From Vitrella brassicaformis CCMP3155 (taxonomy: Eukaryota > Protista > Chromerida): a stretch of DNA of 64,000 nucleotides. A model generated the notes under the pieces. The model ran no database searches and had not been told where the DNA came from. It saw nothing but the letters and a program-made list of their open reading frames with translations. Each line of letters begins with the position of its first letter. Within the stretch, counting starts at the first letter, position 1. Where the stretch lies: contig CDMY01000254.1 of assembly GCA_001179505.1 (NCBI GenBank), positions 1 through 64,000 of the forward strand, written 5' to 3'. The position numbers and the translations under genes are program-made. This document shows, one piece after another, positions 37,201-50,600 of the stretch.

Positions 37201-38540
37201 TGGCAATCAAGGTACGCAGCGGCCATGACGTGCGTCGTAAGCCGATTGCCCAATCTTACATTGTTTTGAGTGTAGCTTCATGGTGTTTCTCTGATTCGCT
37301 CGGTCAAGCCCTCCTACGTGGCTCTCACATCCAGTAAGGGTCTGCACGTGAAAGAGGCAGAGGGAGGGCAAGCATGAATTTGTACTGTACGTGTTACGGG
37401 TGTTTCTGCTTGGTAGTTGGATCTCCCAAGCCTTATGGAGGATCCTCATTCGACAGCATTTCGGAGTCTTTCCCGCTTTCCCCTCCCACCTCCACACGGA
37501 CTCCCCTCTACTTCCAGACGCTCCATTTCGGCGACTCACGCATACGGCTGACAACGTGCCTGAAAGAGGTCACTCAGGTGCTGTCGGATGCGTCTTCCTC
37601 GTGGTGGTCTGAGGGGGTGGCAGGGCGGCTTGTGAGCTGGGCAATGGGTCTTGCCGATCTGTCTGATTTCGAGCTGAGCCTCCAGGGACTGCGGCTGAGG
37701 CATCTCTTCATCTTGAATCAGTCGCTGGCGTCGCGATGCATGGAGCATTACGTGCAGCAGCTCATCACCCACGCACCCATTCACTTGGCCAAGTCAACCA
37801 CGACCTTTCTGGGCGACACGGTGACAAGGGGGAGCCGATATTGGTCTTGACAAAGTGCTTACTTTTGTGTGTGTGTATGTTGGACTCGGCGATTGTGCGA
37901 GTAGGTGGGCAGGGTCTCTACCAGTATTTCCCGGCTGTGGAACCCCAACGCAGGTGTGCAGCACCTGGAGTCGAGGATGCGGTACCCACGATTGGTGCTT
38001 GGTCCTGCACGATGCGTGACGGGTCTCAATGATGAAGCATCACTCATCTGCGAGAAGCTAAGCGGAGCACGAGCAGCTGAGGCATGCTGTCTTGCGTATC
38101 TCGTTGCTGGACCGAAGTTGTTGATACTTCTGACCACCGAGGTGAGCATGATGTGCACACACTGAACAAGCTTGCGATACCCATGCGTGTTACGTCAGCT
38201 TCTCGTGATCGATGGATTCCGGTCATCAACCCCAACGCTCGTGGCGCGCATCCCATGGTTCCCTCACCTCTATTCACTAAGTGTGCGGCATTTGGAGCGA
38301 CAGGCGGGCCCGCAACACTCGATTCTTTCCCTTCTGTCCAGTGAGGTTTTGTGGGACATGGGGTGGATCAGGAGAGCGTCCTCCAGCCAAGTGGAGGTCC
38401 TTTTGGGGCCGCCACTGCCAGTGGCCATGGACCAAGCAGAGACTTTCAGTGCGTTGACGCATTGTAGAGTCAGCTGGCAATGTGCTCGTCCCTTCTGCTC
38501 TGCACTTATATGGTACCTGTACAGACATATCAATGTATAG
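22250..38540 (+). CDS. VPS13: VPS13-family bridge-like lipid transfer protein, multi-exon, ~16 kb
   Basis: Chorein-N-like start (MLEQHLSGVVVSRL...GQLEVKNLSLRPSLLE...HVGQLRLKIPWNLFSPIELEVQDV; IRNVHIRYED); WWRYAFRC; VAB/SHR-BD-like repeats (LASPLQVVNVTPLPL, LKPPVRVNNSLPVPV, TIRAPFWLVSRL, VEFRPRFLLYNYT, PDIQIENHL); C-terminal APT/ATG2_C/PH-like region (FDFIKVAVGDLAIK, YPRLVLGPARCVT). Confidence 0.88.
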
Positions 38541-38759
38541 CCCATCACGCAGACTGATCGATTCAATGCGAGTACGCATCGATTGAATCAGTCGCATACA
38601 AGACAGAGCGGCATGCAGGAGCAACCACTAAGGCGGTAGTAGACGATAGAGTAACTAGGCTTCTCCTTTGAAAAGCCCGGAAGCCGCCGAGAAATACCCG
38701 GAAGCCGCCAATGAATGAATAATATGGCGAGGTGTTCTAAACACCGTAAAAGCATACAG

Positions 38760-38880
38760 TGCGGGCAGAGAGACCACATACATACATGAGACACAACACA
38801 TACACACATATACAGAGAGACCATACAGACAGGCAAACAGGCACATCAATCAATCCGTGAGTTTCTTTCCTGTACCCGAG
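38760..38880 (-). repeat. Second copy of the dispersed repeat, inverted relative to 21672-21860
   Basis: Reverse complement reads GGAAAGAAACTCACGGATTGATTGATGTGCCTGTTTGCCTGTCTGTATGGTCTCTCTGTA...TGTGTCTCATGT. Confidence 0.55.
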
Positions 38881-38932
38881 CTGTTTTTTTCGCATGGGAA
38901 GTTGCCCTTTTTGCGGACCTCTGCCCCCCCCC

Positions 38933-39232
38933 NNNNNNNNNNNNNNNNNNNNNNNNNNNNNNNNNNNNNNNNNNNNNNNNNNNNNNNNNNNNNNNNNNNN
39001 NNNNNNNNNNNNNNNNNNNNNNNNNNNNNNNNNNNNNNNNNNNNNNNNNNNNNNNNNNNNNNNNNNNNNNNNNNNNNNNNNNNNNNNNNNNNNNNNNNNN
39101 NNNNNNNNNNNNNNNNNNNNNNNNNNNNNNNNNNNNNNNNNNNNNNNNNNNNNNNNNNNNNNNNNNNNNNNNNNNNNNNNNNNNNNNNNNNNNNNNNNNN
39201 NNNNNNNNNNNNNNNNNNNNNNNNNNNNNNNN
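38933..39232. other. Assembly gap (300 N) flanked by poly-C on both sides
   Basis: N run with C9 before and C12 after. Confidence 1.
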
Positions 39233-40399
39233 CCCCCCCCCCCCCAAAACCCACACACAGAGTGATTGTTGGTTGTATACTTTTCTTCTTTTTCGCGAGC
39301 GCACGGAATCCTTAGCTGTGTCTCATTTACTCATGTGCCTCACGGCACATATCCCCAGAACTGACTGACACTCCTTGGTGAAATGGAGCCACCAGCAAGA
39401 ATTGCTATAATTTGTCCTCTCCTGTGTGATTGTGTGTCCAACTCGATGGTTCAGTGATGCAGAGACACGACATCTTGAAAAACTCGAATGGTTTTGGCGT
39501 CATACGAGAGGGCCAAGGAATCAGGGCCTACCTCAGCAAAAGACAGGAGTGCGACGTGGATGTGAGGTTCCCGACTCGATATGACTGCAGGATCTTCGCA
39601 CTCCCTAGCAGCGGATCCAAGTGTCAGCTCTTTGTCAAAGCATCCACCTCCGATCCGGCCTTTTTTTTTTTTTTAGGCCGGCCTTTTTTTTGTTGGCAGA
39701 TGAAGCCCCGGGAAAATGATGCATTTCTTGTGTTTCAATCAACGGATCCACGATGTACGTAGGATTATTCCTTTGTGTTTTAAGCACTGCTTTCACGCTG
39801 GACAGCCATGTCCGTCTGCGAGACGAGCTTAATCAGTTGTACCCGCCTTTTTACCTGTCCCCATCGAAAAACGGACGACATGCCTCGCCGGAACTGCTCG
39901 CATCAGCCCTGGGCAAGGCCGCGCGAGGCACTGGAGAGGCGATCAGATGGCTGACATTGTCAGCAGTGTCAGCCGGCAACGCATCTACCTCACTGGCGAT
40001 GGGCACCTTTGCGTCGTTCGTCCTGCACTCTCTGCACGCCTGTCGAGTGCTGCGGGCCATCGATCTGATGCGCTCCGGTCTGCCTTTGGAAGCACTGCTG
40101 ACTTCCGAGTGGCCAGCATGCTCATGGACTTCCGAGAGATTGATGCCGCTGGCCCTGTAAGCGATTCGGTGTGTGTGGCGGGCCACTGGGACAATCAATC
40201 GACGCAATTGCGCGACATGAGGACATTTCTGTGTCTCTGGCGAATCATCTCATGGAGATGGCGTCCAACGTATCATCAGTTGTGTCCCAGGGACTTACCA
40301 TAGGTGACAAGAGCGTGCTGAACACCGCTCACCGCAGAGAAAATAAGCCGTATTCATCTCTTCGTTGTAGGTAAGATCAACGAGTGTCCTTCAGGCTCT

Positions 40400-41385
40400 C
40401 TGGCTGCCTTGACCCTGTGGCTCTTAGTGACCGCCGCACTGGGGAGCGGTGTTCCCGACTTGGCCCGCATTCTGCAAACCTATGTTTCCATTGCCGACGC
40501 CCTGTGGCAATTCATGCCAATCGAACAGCTCATAAGCACGCGGTCGAAAGCCGACTGGCATCATATGATGTGCACACACCAAGCCGACCGCCAAAAAAAC
40601 TAGCTGCGTACCAGCCAACAAGTACTCTCTTCTGTTTCTTGTTATGTGCATGTGTTTCAGGTTGACGGATCTTGGAATTGCTTCAGCTTTTGGCTGCGCA
40701 GGAACTGAAGAGACAACAACAAGGCAAGCCATAAGCAAAGAGTCATAAGTGTTCTCACTTCCGTACTCTGCCGCAGCCATGTCTGACAGTGCATTCCGGG
40801 ACAAATACAAGAAGTGGGATGCTCAATTCACCGTTCTGATCACGACGATTTCCATAACACGAACCGTCAATGTCAATCGTGTGATCCAGCTGTTTGAGAC
40901 TGAACCAGCTGTCCGTGAGATCATCGTCTTATGGAACAACGGGGAACAGGTATTTTACCCGACATGCAGTCGTTTGGTCCATTTTTCCAATGCCTCTAGG
41001 ACCCTCCATCGTTCGCAAATTCGTCACTTGTGCCCGTGCGAGTCATTATGCAGCCTAACAAGAACATCTCCAATCGGTGGGAAGGTCGCTGCTCGTGAAT
41101 GCAAGACACCGCTTGTCTTCAATGTCGATGACGACATCGTATTCGATGTGGCTGATATTCTGCGGATGTTCCTTGTTGCCCAGGCCTATCCCAACGCGCT
41201 GATCGGAGCGATGGGGCATTTCTTTGACCTGCAATCGCGTCAGTATTCTTTCAGCGGCTGCAATTGAGTGGCTGGCCTTTCTTCAACATTGTGCTGCCCG
41301 GCTTTGCCTTTATCGGTGTCGAGACGCTTCGAGAATTTGTTCACGAGCGTGAATTACTGGAGTATTTTGACGCTGACGAGTAGAG
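40400..41385 (+). pseudogene. Glycosyltransferase family 64 (EXTL2-like) gene with frameshifts; probable pseudogene or assembly errors
   Basis: FTVLI...EIIVLWNN|DPP...VPVRVIMQPNKNISNRW...VFNVDDD...AYPNALIG...FFNIVLPGFAF match the GT64 pattern, but need a frameshift at ~41081 and another at ~41250; in-frame TAA at ~40746. Confidence 0.65.
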
Positions 41386-41399
41386 TAGTCGCCGAGACA

Positions 41400-43298
41400 G
41401 TCGATGACAAATTTTCAATCTGAAAGTCTCTAACCGCGTGGTGTGGATGGGTGGGTGTTTTTTTTTTATCGCACCACGGGCCGCACCAAAAAGCTATGCG
41501 ACACAACCGTCTGGCATGTTGAGTCTGAAACAGGCCAGTATTATGGCTCAATCCACGGCACGTCTGTGGGACGCGAAGGAGTTCAGTAGAACTGGGTGTA
41601 CATCTAAGGCCGGCGACACAGCACAGGGAGAAGAGAAAATGCGCAAAGCTTTCGTACTCAGTCATCGTACCTGATACATTTGCTCTCTCGTCACGTAGTG
41701 GAATGTAATGACCGGGCTCTCTCGCTGCTTGAGCCATCTGCACCAGCAGACATGGTCATGCATATTTGTCATGTATACCGTCAATGTGCTTACATACTCG
41801 AACTCTGAATATTGAGGATGCCTATATGAGGCCGACATTCCCTGAAAGCCGCTGATCGACTGCATCTTGTGGCCTGTGCAAAAGACGTGCAAAAGACTCC
41901 AGTGCACCATACATGCGTCAGGAATGAGGTGCCGGTGTCGATGCACGTACCGATGTGCTTGTCGATGCATGTCGCCATGTAGACGTCCTCTGGCTTGCCG
42001 CTGTAAGCATGTGTGTGAGTTAGTGTGTGTCTTGCCTTCTCGTGTGAGTCTTGCCGCCTTACTAGCGCTCCGCCCCCTTCCAAAACTTGTCGTCTTTCGG
42101 ATCAACTGACAGACAGTTCTCCCATCGTGTGTTGCCCGGCTGCTGAGCTATTGGTCTGAGACACTGCCAGCGGAACCAGCAAAAAATGCTGACGTAGGTT
42201 GCGTGCGCTTACCATGGCTTTCATCAACCCCCGTGAGAAGACGTATCCTGCCAGCCAGTAACACGAGGGCAATGTCCACAGATAAAGTCATCCCTCGGTA
42301 CCTACCTGCACCGCCGCTTGCGTATTCCTGCTCCTTGTAGCTCATGCGCTGACCAAGATAGTGGACCTGCAACACGTTCACGCAAACCACGCATTTACAG
42401 TGAGTCACGAGTATATGTCTCTGAGTGCGTGTCCCTCTGTAGATCTGCCTGTTCAGGGTCGAATTCTCTGAGTGCGTTTGCGAGGTTGTATGTGACGAGG
42501 AACAGGTCATCGTCAGCCCTCATAAACCACTCATACGTGTCGATCAGGTGCTCACAAAGAAACATATACGATTTCAGCACCTTCTTCCATAACACCTGAA
42601 GCATACATGCTTCCAGATGCATTTGAGGTACATCCAGATTGCGCTCCTAAACCTGTACCGTGTATCCATCAATGTTGGCGCCGAGCTCCACCGTCTGCGC
42701 ACACGGGCGCATACGTTTTGACCCGCTCAACAGACATTTGTTCCCCCATCCCGACCTGGTCGAGGTTCGTGATTTCATTCTTCTGCCCTTTTTTCTCTAT
42801 CTCTTTAGCCGGCGGCAAGGACCCGACAAACGTCAGCAGATGTGGCACGTGACGCCCCCATGTCCTGCGTCTTCACATGCATATGCGCATAGAGGAACAT
42901 CTGTCTGTTTTTTACCTTAATATGCGTTCTCTCTTGTCCAGGAAAGCCCTTTGGTGTGTGTGCAGTGAGATAAGTGTCTTGTCAAGATCATGATCAACCC
43001 ACACGGACCTGCAGTGTAGCCACTAGTACGCGCAAACGTGGCTGTATGCATCATGCATCACGCCTCCGTGCATTTTTCATCGCCTCTCTGTGTATGAATA
43101 CCCATTTTTCCGCAAGTCCCTAAAATGGCGATTATTGTCGGTCCTCTTGACGATTCCCGAACTGCCGAAAAGAAGCATGGATCTAAGCCGAAAGCGGTCC
43201 TGCGTTAACGTCGTGAAAATAGAAAGCCAGGTGAGGAGCAGCATGCAGAATACAGCGTTCGCATAGATGATCCCCTTTGTGGACCAGCTCGCTTTCAT
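41400..43298 (-). CDS. GT31 core-1 beta-1,3-galactosyltransferase / Fringe-like glycosyltransferase, multi-exon
   Basis: Type II TM anchor (IIYANAVFCMLLLTWLSIF); LWKKVLKSYMFL...YEWFMRADDDLFLVTYNLANALREFDPEQ; HYLGQRM...YASGGAG; VITFHYV. 3' end approximate. Confidence 0.8.
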
Positions 43299-44649
43299 GA
43301 TCTTTCATGAGCACGCTATTTATATCAATTCACTGAGAGGGGAAGAAGGAAAAGAGAATACACGTCTGCGGTGCGACCGCTGGATGGCTGCGTGAAACGT
43401 TTCTTGTGCGGCTGTTGTGTGTTCGGCATTTGTCACGCTCACCCATTCAAATCATTGAATCGTTCACTCATCAGTCATCCATTCATTCATCCGTTCTCCG
43501 ACTGACACGGACACTGGGCTGCGAGGAGGCGAAGGGACAGACAGTCGAGATAGACAGGCAGGGCCTGTGTGCACACATATGTCATCCATGCGCCCATCCA
43601 TATTTGGCCTTCCTGCGCACCTGGCGGACGGATAGACGTGATCCTGTCTGCCAGACAGCATCACGATGCGAGGGGTACGCTTCGCATCAGCGAGTGGTGC
43701 TGATATCACGTGACTTGCACCAGCTGCGCCGTACGCGTTTTTACGTCCTCATCGTGCACAGAATCGACAGCAAACTGAGGAAATCCCGAACGGACGCCCC
43801 CCAAGGTAAGGTAAGAGCGTCGCACAACCTACTCATGTCTCGCTGAAGAGAAATTATGAAGCGATAACGCCGATAATAACGCCGAAGACGGGCAACGGGA
43901 ATTGAGTATTTGCCCCGGGCCACCGATTCTCTTGTCAATATTGCTGCCATACGAATCGCCCCAGCATGATTGGACCTCTTTCGTTGAGTACCACATTTTT
44001 ACTTCATACATCGTCCCGCCTCGCCCCTCAGGGCGTTTGACGCCTATCGACGTCACAAACTTTGTGACTGTTCGCGCTAGCTGGATGAAGGGCCGTACTG
44101 TTTTCCACTGAGGAGAGCCTCCCTCCCTTTTCTAGCGAAGTATTATACTCTTTCTTCGGCTTCTTTCCGTCTTCCTCAGGCCGAGGCCACAAAATCCTCC
44201 GAGCATGTGTACAGACGGCATTCTCGGGTTCGCTGTTGGGCCCAGGCCGCTCATCAATTGGCATCAAAAGGGTGACTTCAGTCGATGACGTGCCCAGTGT
44301 TCTGTGTTTGGAGGGAATTCTGTGTTTGGAGACACATGCACACTGTGCGATCCATATGACAAATAGGTGCATGCAACGGGTCAAATGGCCAAGCAACGGG
44401 TCAAAACCTCCGCAAAGGGCGGCAGCAGATCATCTTTTCACCGGTTGTCGACTGTGGTACTTGGCCACCAAACTCACCTGCAATGATCACATCAACATAC
44501 ACACTCACGCGAGACCAGGCATTGATTGATTTTGGTGTGTGGTACAGGCAAGTTGTCGAAATTCTAGAAAGTGCCGTCCCCAAGAGCAGACATACAACAG
44601 CAGACCGACAACACACCACGGCAACCACTAGCGCATTTTTCTGGTTTTT

Positions 44650-47600
44650 GGCAGTGCACATTTGTTTGTCGCTTACGAGTACCTGCGAGACACAGAGATC
44701 CATGAATCTTCTGCAATGTGCATCTGTCTGTTTGTTTTGTCTTACATAATCTTCGTTCAAGCGGGACTGTACACGAGCGATGATTTGACGTGCGTCTGAA
44801 CAGAGCCCACACACACAAGATGGTGCATAGCGCATCGTCTGAGTGTGCTATTCTGCTTGTTCACCAGCAACACTGTGTAGTTCCGATGCAATTTTCGGGA
44901 ATGCTTGCAGGATGCGATCTAGGTGCTGCTTTTTGAGGACGAGCACGAGACAAAACGAATCAGCCTGAGACATCGAAGGGAAGGCACGTGGAAGGGCAGA
45001 GGACACCAGCAGGACGGCTTTGGACCTGTACGCTGCAGCTCCTCATCTGTCCCCTCATCAATGACAGCTCGCCGAAGAAATCGCCAGGACCCAGCGACTG
45101 AATGGAGGTTTCGTGTATCTCTCAAGTATGAATGTGCCGGCGTCTGCTTTGTGTGCCGTGCTGGATGCGTACGTGGAGGATGCTACTTTCATCTGTCGAG
45201 TAGATCAGTACTTTCCCCTCCTGCAAATATACAAAAGTGACGGAAGCTGAAGAATATACAGACGAAGCATGTTCACCTCGATGAAGTACATCTCGTCACC
45301 ATAATCGCCCTGGAAAGGGACAGACAGAGACATGTGCACGCACTCGTGTTTCTGTATGTGTTCACCTTGACACAAATGTAGTCTGCTGGCATATATACGC
45401 GACACACGAGATGGCTCACAACCAAAGACAGGAAATGGTCCGGCTGATCCCTGCAATAACCACACATGTGACCGTATGAACCAACTTACAGAGAAATCAA
45501 GTGTCACGTGTTTTCTTCAATTGGGACCTGAACATGGGCACTCGGTCAAAGAATCGCCTATGGTACTGCACAAAGATACAGTTGTCAACACGAGCACGCT
45601 AGTAAGATCTCTGGCACAAGAACTTCCTGCGATACCTGCAACAGGAACTTCCTGTACAGCAGAGGCGGAACACTCGCGGCCAAATTGGACTGTGTCAAGC
45701 CTATCACCCCGTATTTCTGCATCATCATAGTGTGTGGAAAGAGGCAGACATCAGGGAGTGTCAGTCTATCGACATTGGTTTTTTGTGAGTGTCTTCCGCA
45801 CATGGTCCAGCACTTGCTGCCAGTAATATGAGAAGAAAAACTCCGTGCGCGTCAGGATGGACGAGGGAATGCCGTCGAAACGCATCTGATAAACGGTTCG
45901 AAGGACATGTGCATCACATTTGGCAGACGGTACGTACCTTATTCCGGATGGTGTTGAATCGGTCGCTGAGTTGGCTTTGCTCAATGTTGCTATTCTGGAC
46001 GGCAGCTGACACGGAACTGTACCGAGGCGCACGCATCGACAAGCGAATACATGCATCCACTGCACACACATGATATGCCGTGCGTAACGCACCCGAAGGC
46101 CACAGCAAAGAGCGCATCCCCCACGACGATGAGGGTGGTGGCGACAATGCGTTCTCTGTCAGTCTGGGGAATGATGTCGCCTGGCATGCACATATGAACG
46201 CGTGATGTATGCGAGAGCTGTATGTCGACGTACCGTATCCCACGGACGTGACGATCACCATGGTGTAGTAGAAGGACGCCACGACCTGCAATCATATGAG
46301 TTGCATGAGCACAATGTGTTCGTGGCAAATGCCTCCCGACCTGCTGGAACAAATCTGACCACTCGCGATCATCTGTGCACATCAGTGCATTAGACGAATG
46401 AGCGAATGCGAGAACGTGCATACAAGCGCACCTGAATGGGCGAGGCCGTATGCATCCAGCCAGCTGCCATTCGTCTCGCGACCGACCGAATACCTGCCCA
46501 CATGTATGTGTGCGCACCAAGACGTGTGCGTGCAGACAATCGGAGAGGTAGATGTGTGGGATCAGACCGTGTCGCTCATCTACCAGATGCATGACGAGAA
46601 GTGCCAGAGCAGTGTGAGCGACAAGACAGCCGACAGAAGTTGCCCGTGGTAGGCGAAGAAATGCACACGCCTGCACATGTGGTGTGCACACAGCAGTGCA
46701 GACAAGCCAGATGACGGAGTCACAATTGCGGGTGCTTAAGGTTACGAGCGCAGTGTGTGTCTCACCTTTCCAGCTCAATAAAGATTGCCGGCAGCCTTGC
46801 CACGGACACGTACGTGCAGTCGTGCGAACAGCCATGGTAGTGTCTCTTGTCATCTGTACCTGAAGACGACGACGAGCCTGAGCAGTCGGAGGAAAACGAA
46901 ATACCACTTGGCGTCACCCATCATCCAAAGCAGAGGGACTGCAACGCACAATACACCGTATGGCGTAAACGCACACATTGGCTTTGGTAGGTGGACACTC
47001 ACTTGCCGCAAGCGCATCGAATTTGCCTCCCCCGTGTTCCCAATAGTGAGACAGCATCGCGGAGGGACGCAAAGTGAACTCGCCACCCTGAGAAATACAT
47101 GCATCCCGTCTGTGAGCCCTCTCCCATTCCGCACACACGCAGGCTGGACTCACCTCAGCGCCGTGTTTGTAAAAGGCGGTTCGGCAGTTGAGCAGGAAGA
47201 ACACCAGGCACTCAATGTCAAGAAGGGCGAACACGATGATCGAGAATACCTCACTGCACACACACACACACACACACACCAGAATGGATGAAAGAAAATG
47301 CACAGATCCCAGCTCGAGACATCCGGACACGTGTGTGTATATGCTGCAGGCTCACAGTTGCGAGACTTTGAATGCCGTCACGAAAGGGTAAACGAAGAGC
47401 ATGCAAAAGATCGCAATGAAGTGCACGCTGTAAATGGCCAGGCGAGTTTTGCTCTCCGGCATGAATATGAGTCCTGTCTTCGTGAAAGCCTGGGCAAATG
47501 TCCCTGATCGTGCGACGTCATTGAATCAATCATGCAGGTGCCTGCAGGGGTATGACTGGTAGTTGACTCATTCACGTACCGGAGAAGTGCATGAGTGATC

Positions 47601-50600
47601 CCTGGTAGAGCATGGATGCAGCGCCTCTGCCAGTCGGGCTCGAAGAGCCGTGCTGGGACCGCGTGTTCCACCGACGAAGTGGCGACGCGCTTTCCTTCTT
47701 CAGCGGGCCTGCAGCCTGCGGAGACCTGTCGGCTTTCATGCTAGAAGCGTCCTCGTGCTTGTCGTCTTGCGGCTCGCTCGGCAGCATGAAGGGGTTATCC
47801 TTGCTGTCTGGGAGGTCGGGGGCGAGAGACACTCTTCTCTTGGGAGGTGAAGGCTTCCTTTGCTCCGGAGTCTTGTCAACTGGAGTGACGGGCGTGGCGT
47901 CATCGCTGGCCAGTTGGTCGTTGAGTGCCTCTGCCTCTGCTTTGGTCTCCTTGACCAGCCGCCCCAGGTACTCGTCCAGGTGCGGGTAGGCCCTTGTCAG
48001 CGCCCTGAAGTGCGAGCGGTGCAGCACTCCCACCCGGCAGATCGACGTCGCCATGACGTCAGCCGTCCGCTCAGTGTTGGAGAACAGGCCCACAGCACCA
48101 AAGTGCTGCCCAGGGCGGATGGTGTTTTTCCTTCCCAGCAGAGTGGTGGCTGCGCCCGAGGCCTTCCTCATGTAACTGGGGCGGGTGTTGAAGTTGGACT
48201 GCGGCACGAGGGGCGGCCTCGTATCGTTGTAGTCGTAGGTGTAGCCAACGGTTGTGCCCATCCTATCCACGCCAGGCGAGCAAACAAGGCACAGGTGGGT
48301 TGCGGGATGGATAGCATGCATACCGTGCAGTTCTCGCTTTGACGTCCTCGATCTGTATCCTGTATGGGCTGAGGTCTTCATCGACATTGGCCTGCACGTT
48401 GGACATGTCGTTGTCCTCACACAACCCATCCAGCAGAAAGAACATCTCATCCTGCAAGCAGCACAACACAATAATGGCCTAGTTGACTGCCCCATCCTGG
48501 CGCAGCCGTGTATATGTGCTCACCGAGACGTCTCCCTTTCTGATGATGAAGTCGCCCTCCATGCAGACGCGGAACTGCAGACATCTCAGGGTCGAGTTGA
48601 CCAGCGCCCAGTCAGTGCGACCATCTGATGCAGCGACATTTACCCGTTTCGAGTGGACAGCTTCCGGCAATCAATGCATCTGACGTACCTGGCCCTCTGA
48701 AGAAGCCTGTAGTGCATACGGACAGGTACACGTGGGTGTCTGTTTGATGGTGATCGTGCTGCATGCCCACCTGACGCGTAGATGATCCTTCTGTACAAGA
48801 ACTGCAGGATGTCGGTCCCTGAACATCGATCAAGTGAGTGAGGGAGAGGGCACATGTGGCTTATTACTGAGTGCGTCAGGTATCTCCCTCAGCAGCAGCG
48901 CCTCGTCCAGGCCTCTCGACGCCTGCCAGCTGTAATGGAAGTAAGATTGCAGCTCCTGCACACAAACACACGATCAGCGCGGTGCTGGGACGTGCTTTCG
49001 TCCATCCATGTGATGTCCCTCCCTCCCTCCCTCCCTCCCTGTCTCTTACGTCGATGAATGTTTGTGCAATGCCGCCCACACCCGCCACCTCCTTGGCCTG
49101 GCGCAGAGCCTTGGCGATCGGCTGCCTCAGCTTCGGACCCAAATCGCTGACCAGACTCACGATGTTGCCAAAGAAGGCCGCGTAGCTGAGGGATGACATG
49201 ATGTCCATACACCCATCCAAATGAGTGTCTATGTCTGTCTGTTTGCTTACAGGAAGGTCATGATGGCGATCATAATGACCTGCAGCCAATCACAAATGGA
49301 CACACAGGGATGGGGGCCGGTGGGTATCGCTCACCGTGAAGACCTTCTCCTGGGTCGTAACGGGTGTGACATCACCAGTCCCTACACACGTGCAGTCGAA
49401 CAGAGGTACACAAATATGACAAGCAGCAGGCAGCGTAGCGGGACTGCATCACACAGTGTACCGATGTGGCTGCCTGTGTTGAAGGACCAATAAATGGCGT
49501 GCACATAAATGCTCCGTTCGCTCAACGGGGGCGGGCTCGGGAAGCCTGACACAGAGAATCCCCATGCAGAGACATTAGTCGATCGATCGAGCCAGCCATC
49601 CAGCTAGCATGTGTGTTTGTGTGGTGGTTGACCTGGTCTGCCGATGCCATAGCAACATGGGTCATCTGGTGATGGGCTGGCGGGTTTGGCGATAACGGGC
49701 AGGCGGATATACCACGAGGCCAGCTCGTCGTTCCTGTCCTCTGCAAGCCGGATGAACAGGCAGGCGAAGACATGCAGTGTCGACAGGTAGAAGAAGAGGA
49801 TTTCGACGATACGGAACAGCGACACGTCAAACTTGGCTGTCACCAACAGATGATACACCAACTCAGGCAGACGAAACACCTGCACCAAGGACATACACGA
49901 AAGGATTGATGGCGTCGCGGGTCTCTCTCTCCAATCTCTCGTAGCGCTGGCCGACCATGAATAGTCTGCAGAGCGGCAGTATAATGCTGAGGGTGTTCTC
50001 GAAGCTCTCGTTGTCCCACCGGCCGCCCTCTCCCCTGCTCGCCAGATCAAAGACAAGCGCGAAGGGCACGATAGTCAGCAGGTCCCGCACGAAGCGGCGG
50101 TAGTACATCCGCCGGAATACACTGGATCGCTTGCTCGCCGCGCAGAAAGACGGCGTCTTGGTGGTTCCGCTGGCGGTGAAGAAGCGCTGGACGAATGACG
50201 GCTTATGCTGATCCTCTTCGGACTCTGATAGCGACGAGTCCTGCCGGACCGCCTTGTCCGCTTCGGGAGGGGCGCCGTGGCCCCAACCCCTGTCGAGCAA
50301 CCTCTCCATGTGCTCCGCCGCCCACCTGAGTGACACACATACACGCACACGATGAGCAGCCAGGCTGAAACACATATGCATGAGTGTATTTGCCTCTGGA
50401 AGAAGCCGATGGCAAGGGGCGTCTCGTGGGCCGTGTCCTTTTGCAGGTTGGCCAGCGAGAGCTTCGCCAGGATGATTGATAAAGCCCTAGAGACAGGTGA
50501 GAACAGAACAGATGGAGACATTTTTACTGCAGGGGACGAAGAGTACCTGAATGAGTGTGCGTTTAGGTTGAGGGCTTCCTGCTTCCTCAAAAGTCGGAAT

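Noticed and set aside
38924-39244. Poly-C flanks as a functional element or telomere
   Set aside because: Most simply a homopolymer that broke the assembly; the interior is unknown.
39430-39720. Cold-shock-like NGFGVI motif and a CCGGCCT-(T)n-AGGCCGG terminator-like hairpin
   Set aside because: The motif match is too short, and intrinsic terminators are not expected in this nuclear context.
43400-44600. Possible gene or transposon remnant (ORFs 43406-43846, 43902-44111, 44028-44396; TTCTGTGTTTGGAG x2)
   Set aside because: No consistent splice phase and no recognisable motif on either strand.
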